This document shows, one piece after another, positions 28,464-39,289 of a DNA stretch of 64,000 bases. The DNA lies in NCBI GenBank assembly GCA_964573455.1, contig CAZNJW010000001.1, positions 13,096 to 77,095 of the forward strand, written 5' to 3'. Numbering within the stretch: position 1 is the first letter of the stretch; each line of letters opens with the position of its first letter. The stretch comes from an uncultured Anaeromyxobacteraceae bacterium (GTDB lineage Bacteria > Myxococcota_A > UBA9042 > DTJE01). The notes below the pieces were generated by a model, which did no database searches, was not told where the DNA came from, and worked only from the letters and a program-made list of their open reading frames with translations. The position numbers and the translations under genes are program-made.

Positions 28464-30209
28464 TCATCGTCTGATGAGTTTAATCGCCCTCTGCAGCAGG
28501 GATTCCTGCTTCCGCTTGAAACTAACCTGCCCGAGGCCGGTGGCGGACTTCGAGCGCTTCTTGAACGATTTGGCGTCCCGGTTGTCAGGATCAAGGGCCA
28601 GCACCTTCCTTATGTGGGACTGCGCCGTCTCAAGATCACTCTTCCTGACCATGTACTCGGCCGCCAGCAGATGCGCCGGGATCAGATCGGGATCGAAACT
28701 GAACGCCACGTCCAGCAGGCTCTCAATGGTCTCGTAGGTGTCGTCCTCGGGTGCCATCGCCAGCAGAGCCATTCCCTGAGAACAGAGATATTCCGGCTCC
28801 TCCTGGTCGAGGTTTTCGGCGGCCTCGAAATATTCAATAGCCTCGGATGGTTTACGTAATTCCAGCAACGAAACGCCCTGACGCCACAGCCCGCGCGCCT
28901 CGAAGATCGCCGCGAGCTGGGCTTCGAGGCCGGGCGTCGAAATACTCTGTGAACGGTTGTAGGCAACACGCAGACTGAGATCACCGAACATCTCACCGAC
29001 TCGATTGATGCGGTCGATCAGCTCGCGAAGGGCCTTCATCGACCTCTGGCTGACTCCGCCTTCGTAACGCGACGGAGAATACCTGCGACGCGCTCGAAGC
29101 TGGGCCATGCGGACTGCCGAAAGCCTGGCATCGGACCCGATCTCGAGCAGATCGTAGTGGTTCAAGCGCGAGGCCCTCTCCAGTTCAGAGACAATGGCCC
29201 TGTCGAGCTCCGGGTCCACCAGTATCTGTTCCGACACGTTGGCCGGTTTGTCCTTTCCGGTACTGGTGAACCCATGGATGGAACCTTTATCGTCCATCAT
29301 CAGGTAATCGTCACGTCGGTCATTTTGCGCGCTGAAGTTGACGTCGGAATCGATATCAAGTTCCAGATCAATGGCTTCGTCGCGGGTCTCGGGGGCCGAA
29401 ACGGCGGCGACGTGAACCGATGCCGGCCCAACGTTGAACTCGTCGAGGTCGATTTCGTCAACCGGCCGTGATACGGTCGAGACGGGTTGTGGGCCTGGTG
29501 TGCCCGCGCCGGAACTGGCCGAAACCAGCCCGCCCGCGACCATGAATCCAAAAAGAATCCTTAGATTGACCTCGTCGGACAGAAGTGCCGGACTCAAAGG
29601 CGGGCAGTTGCCGCTGACAAGCTCGGCAACAAGTGGAACACCGCGAAAATGAGCCCTGGCGTGTATCAGACAACCGGGACTGATCGAATCGGTGACTTTG
29701 GCGAAAGGCCCAAGCCTGCCGACAATCGCGCGCATTCCGGCCAAATCCATGTTTCTCTGAACGGCGGTGAACAGCTCAGCACACATGTCGACCGCCTCGG
29801 TCGGGGAGGCCGGCCCGACATCGGGGGCCTTTTGAAAACGCCAGGCGCGAACAGGTACCGGCAGAAGGATGTCGACGACGTTACGGACATACGAATTCAG
29901 AAGACGGGGTGCGTCCTCATCGCGGACTACGTTGGCCGCAATCAGAAGCGGAAGTGTAGCGATTGAGTCGGCGACTTGACGCTCTTGAACCATGCCGGAC
30001 TGAACAAGGAATTCCCCGAATGAAAGGCCGTCGATGTCGGTTCCAACGTCAACAGCCACGCCACGCTTGTGCAGGAATGTCACTCTACCGTCTGGAAAAT
30101 CAAGACTGAGGCGGCCGGATTCACCTTTCTGCTCGATGGCGCGAAACAGGCGGTAAAGCCCCCAGGCTGGAATCACTCTATCCACGAGGCACCCTCGATG
30201 ACGCCGCAA
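28464..30209 (-). CDS. DUF4388-domain protein with degenerate J-like segment and TPR repeats
   Basis: N-terminal RLSLDFPDGRVTFLHKRGVAVDV (DUF4388-like). HYDLLEIGSDARLSAV J-like region lacking HPD. C-terminal TPR-like helices. Confidence 0.45.
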   Translation of the reverse strand: MRRHRGCLVDRVIPAWGLYRLFRAIEQKGESGRLSLDFPDGRVTFLHKRGVAVDVGTDIDGLSFGEFLVQSGMVQERQVADSIATLPLLIAANVVRDEDAPRLLNSYVRNVVDILLPVPVRAWRFQKAPDVGPASPTEAVDMCAELFTAVQRNMDLAGMRAIVGRLGPFAKVTDSISPGCLIHARAHFRGVPLVAELVSGNCPPLSPALLSDEVNLRILFGFMVAGGLVSASSGAGTPGPQPVSTVSRPVDEIDLDEFNVGPASVHVAAVSAPETRDEAIDLELDIDSDVNFSAQNDRRDDYLMMDDKGSIHGFTSTGKDKPANVSEQILVDPELDRAIVSELERASRLNHYDLLEIGSDARLSAVRMAQLRARRRYSPSRYEGGVSQRSMKALRELIDRINRVGEMFGDLSLRVAYNRSQSISTPGLEAQLAAIFEARGLWRQGVSLLELRKPSEAIEYFEAAENLDQEEPEYLCSQGMALLAMAPEDDTYETIESLLDVAFSFDPDLIPAHLLAAEYMVRKSDLETAQSHIRKVLALDPDNRDAKSFKKRSKSATGLGQVSFKRKQESLLQRAIKLIRR

Positions 30210-30321
30210 TACCCGTCACGAAAGCATTGGGAACCGACGGCAAACAAAGTGGCGGCCTTTGCGCGCAGCAAGTATAGCAGAGATGAAAAATGCGGCGTCA
30301 TGAATCGCAACACACTGAGCG

Positions 30322-31086
30322 TCAATAGTATTTTTCCCCGGAATCGATGTCCACGACTATCGCGGAAACGGTCATCTCCGGAACCATCTGAAACGTCTCC
30401 GAAACGGCGACGCCGATCCGGGAAGCCCCGAGCATGGCGCAGATCTTCTCCTGATTGGACAGATCCGGACAGCATCTGTATCCAGGCGAGAAGCGCACGC
30501 ACGGACGAAACCCCTCCTGTCCAGGCGTCAGTCCGCACATGGCCGACGCGACCCTGAGATGAACCTCACCGGCAAACGCCTCCGCCATGGCCGCCGCCAT
30601 CCCGTGAAAAAGATGATAATCCTCGAAACGTCCCTGCTCTCTCAGCTCGGCCTCATGCCTGGCCACGCCATGGCCAAGTGTCGAGACGAACCATCCGGCG
30701 CGACCGGCCGGCGCCATGGTTCCGTCCTCCGGCACGGGAGGAAAGAGATCCGTAAGAGAGTGGCCCTGGTGGTTACGCGCGAAATGAATCAACACGGCAT
30801 CATCGCGGGAATCATTTTCGTCCGGGATCAGAAGGTCGTTATCGATGGAGAATGCGGGGGCGACCATAACCACCGCGGCCGGCTCGAAAATGCCCTCCTG
30901 GCACGCGGAAACCAGCCTGTTCATGAACATCGGTTCCAGTTCGACCTTGATCCGCCTGTTCCATTCGTCCTGATTCACATCGCGGCGCCTGAAACGCCAG
31001 TGCTGCAGAAACAAGGACTTGCGATCGACAAGCCGACCGAGCGCCAGCGGATCGATGTCCGATATCACCATGGCACGCATAGGCAC
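30322..31086 (-). CDS. Methionine synthase reactivation (AdoMet-binding activation) domain, stand-alone ORF
   Basis: RFSPGYRCCPDLSNQEKICAMLG...ETFQMVPEMTVSAIVVDIDSGEKYY matches the MetH activation-domain C-terminus. Only 3 nt downstream of the MetH core. Confidence 0.7.
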   Translation of the reverse strand: MPMRAMVISDIDPLALGRLVDRKSLFLQHWRFRRRDVNQDEWNRRIKVELEPMFMNRLVSACQEGIFEPAAVVMVAPAFSIDNDLLIPDENDSRDDAVLIHFARNHQGHSLTDLFPPVPEDGTMAPAGRAGWFVSTLGHGVARHEAELREQGRFEDYHLFHGMAAAMAEAFAGEVHLRVASAMCGLTPGQEGFRPCVRFSPGYRCCPDLSNQEKICAMLGASRIGVAVSETFQMVPEMTVSAIVVDIDSGEKYY

Positions 31087-31089
31087 ACC

Positions 31090-33651
31090 TCACGATAACG
31101 GACGTTGCCCGTTCACCACCTGATTGAGTGCCCTGAGCCCCTCGAAAGCATCCCTGCAGTAGAAAACCTGACCACTGTAGGACGTGCGAAGCTCACGTTC
31201 GACAAACCCACCGTCGAGAGCCGCGCCTCCAACCAGAACCGGCAGCCTTACTCCAGCGCGCTCCATGACCTGCAGGTTGTCCTTCATCGCCATCGTGGAC
31301 TTCACCAGCAGCCCGGACATCCCGATGGCATCTGCATTCTCGCGCCGCGCCGCCGCCATGATCTCCTCGACCGTCCGTTTGACCCCCAGATTGACCACGC
31401 GAAACCCGTTGTTCGAGACGATTATGTCGACCAGGTTCTTACCAATGTCGTGAACGTCCCCGACAACCGTGGCTAAGACCAGCGTGCCTCTTGGCTCGGT
31501 CCCTGCCGCTGGAAGACGTGGCCGAAGCATGTCGACCGCCGTCTTCATGACCTCGGCGGAGCGCAGGACGAACGGAAGCTGCATCCGCCCGCTGCCGAAC
31601 ATCTCGCCGACCTCACGCATAGCGTCCAGGAGCACGTCGTTGATGATCTGAATGGCATCCATTTCGCCAAGCAGGTTATCAAGTGCCGTATCAAGCCCGA
31701 TCCGATCACCGCGAATCACGGCCCTGCGGCACCGCTGAACGGGGCTGAGGCTGGAAACGTCATCCGCGTTGACGTCCGCGGATGCTCCCACCTCAAACAT
31801 CTCAATGAAGGAGTGAAGGGGATCCCTTCCGCCAGATGAATCATTGTTGACAAGCGCTTCGGCCGCCACGCGCAGTGTCTCCGGGATCGAATCCACGGGC
31901 ATGATGCGACTGGCATTAACGATGGCGGCGCCAAGACCGGCCTTCATGCAGTGATCGAGCATCACGCTGTTGAGAACCCGCCTCGCCCCGGGGTTCAATC
32001 CGTAGGAACAGTTGCTGACGCCAAGGCTGATCCTTACGCCCGGATGCCGGTCACGAATGATTCGAATCGCGTTGATGGTCTCCAGCGCCGAAGTCCTGAG
32101 CGCGGCATCACCGGACGCCATCGTGAATGTCAACGGGTCCACGAAGATGTCGGCGGGGTCGAAACCATGCCGATTCACGAGCAGCCCAATCAGTCGCGAT
32201 GCCACCTCGACCTTGCGTGCCGCTGTCATCGCCATCCCGACCTCGTCGATCGTGAGCGCCACGACCGCGGCGCCATGCCTGCGGGCAATCCCGGCGATCG
32301 CGTCAAGCCTGCTTCCTCCGTCCTCGAGATTCACCGAATTCACGACCGCCCTTCCCGGGCATCTCATCAGCGCGGCTTCGATCGCGGCCGGTTCAGTTGA
32401 GTCCACCATCACGGCCGCGTCCAGGAACCTGGTCGCGACCGGAACGAACCTGACGACATCGGCCGGTTCGTCGCGGCCGGCCACGGCCAGACAGATATCA
32501 AGGACGTGCGCGCCCTCGTCGACCTGTTCACGACCAACCTGAAGCATGGCTTCCACATTCCCGTCGACCAGGTGGTTTCGGAAGGCCCTGCTGCCGTTGG
32601 CGTTCGTTCGTTCGCCAATGATGAGTGGCCCGGGAGTCTGCTCCATGGCAACTGCGGAAAACAACGACGAAAGCATGTCGAGCCTGTTCGGCCGGTTTCG
32701 CGACGGCTCAAGATCGGCCACGGCTTCGGCAAGCGCCCTGATGTGGTCTGGCGATGTGCCGCAGCACCCACCCACAAAAGAAACCCCCAGTTCCGTCACG
32801 AACGACCTTACCTGTGCCGCGAACCCGGCCGGGGTCAACCTGTAGACCAGCCGACCTCCGTCATTCTCCGGAAGGCCGGCGTTCGGAAGGGCCGCCAGAG
32901 GCAGCGGGGATTCGCCGGCAAGCCGCTTCAGCACACCGTACATCGCATCAGGACCGGTCGAACAGTTCAACCCGAATACCGCCACGCCAGGCATTGATGA
33001 CAGTGTAGCGAGCGCCGCTATCACGTCGGTGCCCAGCAGCATCCTCCCGCCACAGTCGACCGTGACCTGCGCGAAGATCGGAACCTCGCGGCCGCTGTCA
33101 TCCATTGCACGGCGAAGACCAAGGACAGCGAGACGGGCCTGAAGCGGATCCTGGCACGTCTCCACCTGGAACATGTCGACACCTCCAGCCAGCAGGGCGG
33201 CGCCCTGCTCATGGTAGGCATCAAGCATCGCTTCGGGCTCGACCTGCCCCAGCGAGGGGAGCCTGGAACCAGGTCCGATCGACCCGGAAACCCAACGCGG
33301 GCGTCCCGGCGCCGATGCGCGATCGGCCGCCTTGCGGGCAATCTCGGCGGCGGCCAGGGACAGTTCGGCCGCGCGGTCGGCAATGCCGTACTCATCAAGC
33401 ACGATCCGGTTGGCACCAAAGGAATTGGTCTCGATGATGTCCGCACCGGCATCCAGGAAGGTACGGTGAATCCCGGCGATCATGTCCGGCCTGGTCAGGC
33501 ACAGCATCTCGTTAAGTCCGTCGACCGGGCCGAAATCAGCGGCCGTGGGAGCCGCCTTCTGGATCTCGGTGCCCATCGCACCGTCGATCACGACGATTCG
33601 CTCACGGGCCGCGGCAAGGATGACACTTGGCAACCGCATCTGGCACCTCAC
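31090..33651 (-). CDS. metH: Cobalamin-dependent methionine synthase core (Hcy-binding, pterin-binding, B12-binding domains), lacking the activation domain
   Basis: 853 aa. Homocysteine S-methyltransferase N-terminus. B12-binding GDVHDIGKNLV (DxHxxG). Confidence 0.85.
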   Translation of the reverse strand: MRCQMRLPSVILAAARERIVVIDGAMGTEIQKAAPTAADFGPVDGLNEMLCLTRPDMIAGIHRTFLDAGADIIETNSFGANRIVLDEYGIADRAAELSLAAAEIARKAADRASAPGRPRWVSGSIGPGSRLPSLGQVEPEAMLDAYHEQGAALLAGGVDMFQVETCQDPLQARLAVLGLRRAMDDSGREVPIFAQVTVDCGGRMLLGTDVIAALATLSSMPGVAVFGLNCSTGPDAMYGVLKRLAGESPLPLAALPNAGLPENDGGRLVYRLTPAGFAAQVRSFVTELGVSFVGGCCGTSPDHIRALAEAVADLEPSRNRPNRLDMLSSLFSAVAMEQTPGPLIIGERTNANGSRAFRNHLVDGNVEAMLQVGREQVDEGAHVLDICLAVAGRDEPADVVRFVPVATRFLDAAVMVDSTEPAAIEAALMRCPGRAVVNSVNLEDGGSRLDAIAGIARRHGAAVVALTIDEVGMAMTAARKVEVASRLIGLLVNRHGFDPADIFVDPLTFTMASGDAALRTSALETINAIRIIRDRHPGVRISLGVSNCSYGLNPGARRVLNSVMLDHCMKAGLGAAIVNASRIMPVDSIPETLRVAAEALVNNDSSGGRDPLHSFIEMFEVGASADVNADDVSSLSPVQRCRRAVIRGDRIGLDTALDNLLGEMDAIQIINDVLLDAMREVGEMFGSGRMQLPFVLRSAEVMKTAVDMLRPRLPAAGTEPRGTLVLATVVGDVHDIGKNLVDIIVSNNGFRVVNLGVKRTVEEIMAAARRENADAIGMSGLLVKSTMAMKDNLQVMERAGVRLPVLVGGAALDGGFVERELRTSYSGQVFYCRDAFEGLRALNQVVNGQRPLS

Positions 33652-33805
33652 TTCCTGAACATCTTATCTTCCGCGACGAAAGATAGCGGAAAAATGCCAA
33701 AATTGGCAGGACATCGACACACCGGCCGGCTGGCGCTAAAGTTCACGGCGGACGAAACAGCTCGGCGGGTTCGCCAGGGCCATATCCGGGAGATCAGGAG
33801 GTCCA

Positions 33806-35335
33806 GTGTACAAGCCATCACTGTCAGGCAAGATCGCTTTCGCCCAGCTTGCGCAGATGATCGTGTTCTCGGGCGCGCTGACGCTGATTCTGGCCTCGAC
33901 CGCCAGGCTGTTCGACTATGACGCGGTCATATCCGAACGGCTGGAACCGGCTGTGGAAGACTTGAAGACCGCCGAGACGCAACTCGAGATGGTGGTCGAA
34001 TTTCTCGAATCGGGTTCCGCTGCCGACCTGGTCAGGGCGCGCGCCATACTTCATCGGGATCAGCCGATGGGCAGACTCGTCAAGGCATCAAAAACGCTGG
34101 GCGCGCTCGGACGGAACAACGGTCTGGCCAGGGACACGCTGATCCGCGTACGGCGCGCGAACGACATACTCGAGCAGGCACACGCCGGCGACATTGCAGG
34201 TCTTGTTGAGATCGAAACCGCGGTGAATCGCCTGAATTCGGGATCACCCGGAACGCTTCAGGACCAGATCAACGCCTCCGAGACTTCGGCGGCGTTGATG
34301 AATCTGATCCATCCCGCACGGGTTGTCGCCGGACACGCGTCCAGAATGGCTGCATCGGCGGCGAAGGAGGCCGAACGCGAACTCACGTTCAGACGTTCAC
34401 GTCTCTGGACTTCCATCCTGGCGGTGTCCGCGGGCGCGTTGCTTCTATCGGTGCTGTTCCTGGTCCTTGCGATCCGGGCCATGCGCCCGGTCGGAGGACT
34501 CGCCATCGCGGTCAAGAGGATGGCGGCCGGCGATCTGTCACCGGTACGTATCAACTCCTCGCGGGAGATCGAGGACACGGTCGACGCGTTGAACCAGATG
34601 GCTGCCGCACTCAGCGCGCGCCAGGCTGCGGAGGCGGTTGAAAAGGAACGCGAGGTCCGCACCGAGAGGCTGGCGGTCGTTGGAAGGATGGCTTCGGCGG
34701 TGGCTCACGAGATTAGAAACCCGCTGAACTCGATCTCGTTGAACGTCGATCTTCTGGGCGACATGCTTGAGCGGCCGGGAAGCAACCCCGAAAAGGGACG
34801 CGAGGTGATCAGAACCGTCCAGCGCGAGGTGGATCGCCTGAACGAGATCACCGAGGACTATCTGCAGTTCGGAAGAATGCCCAGGGGAATGATCGGACCG
34901 TGCGACGTGACCGCGGTAATCCGTGAGACATGTACTTTCATGGCCAGGGAATTCGATGCGTCCGGCGTCGTTGTCAAGGTCGAGGCGCGCTCCGGCGATG
35001 TGAGGGTGCTGTCAGACGAGGGCCAGCTCAGGCAGGCACTGGTCAACGTCCTTCGCAACGCCGTCGAGGCGATGCCTGGCGGAGGCTCCGTCGAGGTCAC
35101 GGTCGAGACCGCCGGGAATGACATGATCCAGATAGACATCGCCGACACCGGCCACGGAATATCGGCCGCGCAGATGTCGCGGATGTTCGAACCGTTCGCG
35201 ACAACGAAACCAGGCGGCACCGGCCTGGGTCTGGCGTTTGTCCAGCAGGTGATAACCGAGTCTGGCGGCACTGTCGGGATACAATCAACCGAAGGACGCG
35301 GAACCACGATACGGATCACTCTCAAGCGAGTCTGA
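33806..35335 (+). CDS. Sensor histidine kinase (TM, HAMP, HisKA, HATPase_c)
   Basis: H-box VAHEIRNPLNSI. G-boxes DTGHGI and GGTGLGL. Confidence 0.8.
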   Translation: MYKPSLSGKIAFAQLAQMIVFSGALTLILASTARLFDYDAVISERLEPAVEDLKTAETQLEMVVEFLESGSAADLVRARAILHRDQPMGRLVKASKTLGALGRNNGLARDTLIRVRRANDILEQAHAGDIAGLVEIETAVNRLNSGSPGTLQDQINASETSAALMNLIHPARVVAGHASRMAASAAKEAERELTFRRSRLWTSILAVSAGALLLSVLFLVLAIRAMRPVGGLAIAVKRMAAGDLSPVRINSSREIEDTVDALNQMAAALSARQAAEAVEKEREVRTERLAVVGRMASAVAHEIRNPLNSISLNVDLLGDMLERPGSNPEKGREVIRTVQREVDRLNEITEDYLQFGRMPRGMIGPCDVTAVIRETCTFMAREFDASGVVVKVEARSGDVRVLSDEGQLRQALVNVLRNAVEAMPGGGSVEVTVETAGNDMIQIDIADTGHGISAAQMSRMFEPFATTKPGGTGLGLAFVQQVITESGGTVGIQSTEGRGTTIRITLKRV

Positions 35336-35365
35336 GCCTGGTCAACGCACGGCCGACGTGATCTC

Positions 35366-37336
35366 TCAGCGTGCCGGGACAGGCTTCCTGACCAGAACGG
35401 AGTGGAACAGATTCAGGAACTGCTTGTCTTCGTCCGAGTCCGGTTTCGACAGGTTTATGTTCCGCGCGCGCTTTCCGGACGTGATGGTGACGAACCCCTT
35501 GTCGTAGCCGATCCTTGAAGGTTCTCTGCCGGGATCGAACAGACTGCGGCCCCACCAGCCGGACTCCGCGGGCAGCCCCATCAAGTGGAAGATGGAAGGA
35601 GCAATGTCGATCTGACTCGCGAGCACGTCCCGGGGTGTGTCCGGCAGCGTCTGGCCTGAAAGGAAAACCAGAGGTATGCGTCCCAGGTTGTTTCTGGGGT
35701 GTCCCGGTATCCTTCCGGTGACGTTGTTCACCGCGCAGGAATGATCTGACGAGACGATCACCAGGGTCTCCTCGTCAAGCAGTCCACGTGCCCGGAGATC
35801 ATCTATGAAACCAGCGACATCGTGATCGAGCCTGTCAACCGCCTTCAACCACTCGAAGGAGTCCTTGTGAACTTTCCTTTTGAGTTCCGATCTGGGCGGA
35901 TAAGTCAGGTGTCTGTAATGACCCTGGCCGTTCGGCGGGTGCGTGTCGGTCCCGAGCAGCGCCACGAACAGTTTCTCGTCGCGATGCTCGTCCAGGTAGT
36001 CGGCGACCTCCCGGTAGAGAATCCGGTCCTCGAGCCCCCATCCGTAGATGTATTTTCTCAGCGCGGTATCGTCGTAAAAATCCTCCCGACCGATGATGGT
36101 CGAGAATCCCATATTCCTGAAGACTCTGTTTTCATTAGCAAAAAATTTGGAAGCGCTTCGAATGAACACCGATTTGTAGCCGTGACGCTCAAGAAGTTTC
36201 GGGAACGAATTCGAATGGCCCGTCTGTTCCTGAACCATGTAGTTCGGGTGCCCGTTGAACGTGACCGTCAGCCCCTGAAGCGTCGGCGACCCTGTCGTGT
36301 AGAGGTTCGTGAACGTGACCTTCTGGATCTCCGGGGTACAGAAGAAGCGATCCGCGTAGTCGACGCCGATCTTCGGGTTGTGACAAGGCAACGAATCGAG
36401 AGAAACCGACTCGGTGAAAACGTAGATAACCCTTTTGAAAGGTTTCAGGCCGGTCGGCGCAGGCTCCTGCTGGCGACCGACAGGCAGACTCCATTCGTCG
36501 ACCGTGCGTCCGTATCTGGAGATGTCGTAAAGCAGCTCGAACCTGTCCGAAATCAGGTTGTAGTCGTCGACGAAGTTTTCCGTGTCGGGAGATAATGCCT
36601 TCAACTTCTGGCCAAGCGCCGGGAACGCGACGTCCTTGAAAAGGCTCAGGAGCTGATTCCTGGTGGCGTAGTAGATCTGGGCGTTCCTGAAGCCTGTGAT
36701 GACCTTGTCGTGTTTGGCGTCCTTCTTTCCCTCGAACAGTCCGGAGGTATGCACGAGGGTGACGACGATCATGATGAGAAGGCACGTCAGCGACTGATGC
36801 CAGAGAAAGCGACCATCCATTCGCCTGACGATCGCGGCAAATGGAAACACTGAACCGAAGATCGCCGCCAGTATCAAAAGGAGATGCCACCATTTCATGT
36901 AGGACATGATCGCGTACGGTTCGATCATGGCGAAGTGGTGACCTTCGAGCATCGTGTTACCGAAGTGGTACAGGACGATGTTGACCGACGAAAGAAGGGT
37001 GTAGATCACTAGAAAAATCGCGGCGGGCCAGGGAACCCTGAAGACGGCTTTCAGGACGTACACGATCATCAGAGTCAACGAGATGTCGAAAACGGTTTTG
37101 CAGATGAACGAGACCGCCACCAACGGTTCGGATAAAGAGAACTCGTTGTTGACCATCACGATCCACAGAAAAATCGCGTTCAGGGCCAGAAAGACAAGCG
37201 CCAGGATGAGTCGGTATCGATCGAACCGAGGCAGGAGCCCTGAGAAGAAATCCCTCGCACCCTTCATGTCTGCTCCATCCACCGTTTCCGCCACCAGGCG
37301 GCGCATGGATCCGCGAACCGCGATCAGCCCGCGCAA
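35366..37336 (-). CDS. LTA-synthase/sulfatase-family membrane protein (alkaline phosphatase superfamily)
   Basis: Five N-terminal TM helices and an extracytoplasmic sulfatase-like domain. True start may be an internal Met at about 37267. Confidence 0.55.
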   Translation of the reverse strand: MRGLIAVRGSMRRLVAETVDGADMKGARDFFSGLLPRFDRYRLILALVFLALNAIFLWIVMVNNEFSLSEPLVAVSFICKTVFDISLTLMIVYVLKAVFRVPWPAAIFLVIYTLLSSVNIVLYHFGNTMLEGHHFAMIEPYAIMSYMKWWHLLLILAAIFGSVFPFAAIVRRMDGRFLWHQSLTCLLIMIVVTLVHTSGLFEGKKDAKHDKVITGFRNAQIYYATRNQLLSLFKDVAFPALGQKLKALSPDTENFVDDYNLISDRFELLYDISRYGRTVDEWSLPVGRQQEPAPTGLKPFKRVIYVFTESVSLDSLPCHNPKIGVDYADRFFCTPEIQKVTFTNLYTTGSPTLQGLTVTFNGHPNYMVQEQTGHSNSFPKLLERHGYKSVFIRSASKFFANENRVFRNMGFSTIIGREDFYDDTALRKYIYGWGLEDRILYREVADYLDEHRDEKLFVALLGTDTHPPNGQGHYRHLTYPPRSELKRKVHKDSFEWLKAVDRLDHDVAGFIDDLRARGLLDEETLVIVSSDHSCAVNNVTGRIPGHPRNNLGRIPLVFLSGQTLPDTPRDVLASQIDIAPSIFHLMGLPAESGWWGRSLFDPGREPSRIGYDKGFVTITSGKRARNINLSKPDSDEDKQFLNLFHSVLVRKPVPAR

Positions 37337-37567
37337 TCAGTACAGTCGATGCAGGATTTTAAAGGACTTCGGACAAAGTGACGATATTTTTGCCCGCGGC
37401 ACGCCTGATCCCGGGGCATGAAGGGCGAATGTGATTCGCCCCTGCGCCTGCCCGTGTCCCCACCAACAGGGCTTGCGCTGAGCGTAGTCGAAGGGTGCCT
37501 TGCGGCAAACGACCCGGGATGGCACAATACCAAGTCCGCTTCTGGACTTGAAAACGAGGTTGGACGG

Positions 37568-39289
37568 ATGAAAAAGATGATTGTTACGGCCCTTGCCGTG
37601 TTGTTCGTGCCACTGATGCTGACGTGCGCCAACCCCGGCGTGCGCCGCAGCTCAGGGGCTGACGCGGAGGTCTCGAAATTGGATTCGCTCAGAGAACTCA
37701 GGGCCAGGTTCGCCGACGTCGAGATCACCATCGACGAGTCGTCGATCAGTCCCGAGGACATGCGTGTGCTGGGCCACCTGGTCAAGGCCGCCGCCGTCAT
37801 GGATCGCCTTTTCTGGAAGCAGGCGTCCGCCGACGGGCGCGCCGTCCGCGACGAGCTGGCCGGTCGCAATGATCCGGTGTCCGCCACAACCGTGGACCTG
37901 ATGGACATCTTTTATGGCCCGTGGGATCGGCTGGATGATTTCAAGCCTTTCCATGGCGATAAACCGCGTCCGGCCGGCGTGACGTTCTACCCGGCCGACA
38001 TGACCGCCGACGAGTTCAATCGCTGGCTTCAGGAGAACCCCGGCGACGTTGAGTCGTTCCAGTCCTGGTTGACGGTGATCAGGCGGGAAGGCCAGTCACT
38101 GAAGGCCGTGCCCTACTCCGTCGAGTATGCCGCCGATCTGAAGGAGGCTGCCGGCCATCTTCGCGCGGCCGCCGACGAGACCAGCGACGGCGCCCTGAAG
38201 AAATTTCTGCGGGGTCGAGCGGATGCCTTCGAGTCCAACCAATACATGGAAAGCGACATGGACTGGATGGATCTCGGAACCGACCAGTCGGCCGGAGCCT
38301 CGGCCATCGAGGTGGTAATCGGACCGTACGAAGTCTACGAAGACTCGCTGCTGGGACTGAAGTCGGCGTTCGAGGCGTTCGTAACCGTCGTCGACGCGAA
38401 CGAAAGCCGTAAGCTGTCGATGGTTGCGGGCATGCTCGATGAACTCGAGGCCAACCTGCCGATGGCCGACCACATGAAGAACTTCAGCCGTGGCAAGTCA
38501 TCGCCGATCAAGGTCGTAAATGTGGTCTACACCGCCGGCGACACCAAGGCCGGGGTGCAGACGGCCGCGTTCAACCTTCCTAACGACGAGCGGGTCAGGA
38601 ACCAGAAGGGCTCCAAGAAGGTGATGCTGCGCAACGTCACCAGGGCGAAGTTCGACAAGGCGCTGATCCCGATTTCGAACACGGCGATCGACACGGCTCT
38701 GATCCCGTTCATCGACTTCGACGCGTACTTCAACTTCATCCTGATGCACGAAGTGTCCCACGGTCTTGGACCGGGAATCATTTCGATGCCCGACGGGTCG
38801 AAAACAACCGTCAACCTGGCTCTGAAGGAAACCTACTCGACCATCGAGGAATGCAAGGCCGACATCCTGAGTGTATTCAATACCTCCTACATGGCGGGCA
38901 AGGGGATCTTCGACGCGGCATTCATGGACAAGACCGCCGCTTCGTACCTGGCCGGCATCTTCCGTTCGGTCCGTTTCGGAATCGGCGAGGCACACGGAAG
39001 TGCCAACATCATGCAGTTCAACTACCTGCGTGAAAAGGGCGCCATCACCTATGACAAGGCCACCGGCAGGTTCGGACTCGATCGCTCCAGGTTCGACGGC
39101 GCGGTCGAGGGTCTTGCCCGTGAGGTGCTGACCATCGAGGCCAACGGCGACTACGAAGCCGCGGCCGCGATGATCAAGAAGTACGTTTTCATGCCGGCCG
39201 AAGTGGCCGCCGCCCTTGACCGGCTCGGTCACATTCCGGTCGACATCAGGCCGATCTATACGCTCGGTGACCGGCTCCTGGCGCGCTGA
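37568..39289 (+). CDS. Secreted lipoprotein, putative zinc metallopeptidase (HExxH)
   Basis: MKKMIVTALAVLFVPLMLTCA lipobox. FILMHEVSHGLGPG HExxH motif. Stop overlaps the next gene's start. Confidence 0.45.
   Translation: MKKMIVTALAVLFVPLMLTCANPGVRRSSGADAEVSKLDSLRELRARFADVEITIDESSISPEDMRVLGHLVKAAAVMDRLFWKQASADGRAVRDELAGRNDPVSATTVDLMDIFYGPWDRLDDFKPFHGDKPRPAGVTFYPADMTADEFNRWLQENPGDVESFQSWLTVIRREGQSLKAVPYSVEYAADLKEAAGHLRAAADETSDGALKKFLRGRADAFESNQYMESDMDWMDLGTDQSAGASAIEVVIGPYEVYEDSLLGLKSAFEAFVTVVDANESRKLSMVAGMLDELEANLPMADHMKNFSRGKSSPIKVVNVVYTAGDTKAGVQTAAFNLPNDERVRNQKGSKKVMLRNVTRAKFDKALIPISNTAIDTALIPFIDFDAYFNFILMHEVSHGLGPGIISMPDGSKTTVNLALKETYSTIEECKADILSVFNTSYMAGKGIFDAAFMDKTAASYLAGIFRSVRFGIGEAHGSANIMQFNYLREKGAITYDKATGRFGLDRSRFDGAVEGLAREVLTIEANGDYEAAAAMIKKYVFMPAEVAAALDRLGHIPVDIRPIYTLGDRLLAR

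Noticed and set aside
33652-33805. Possible B12 or SAM riboswitch upstream of metH
   Set aside because: No B12-box (GCCACTG) or SAM-I consensus visible in either orientation.
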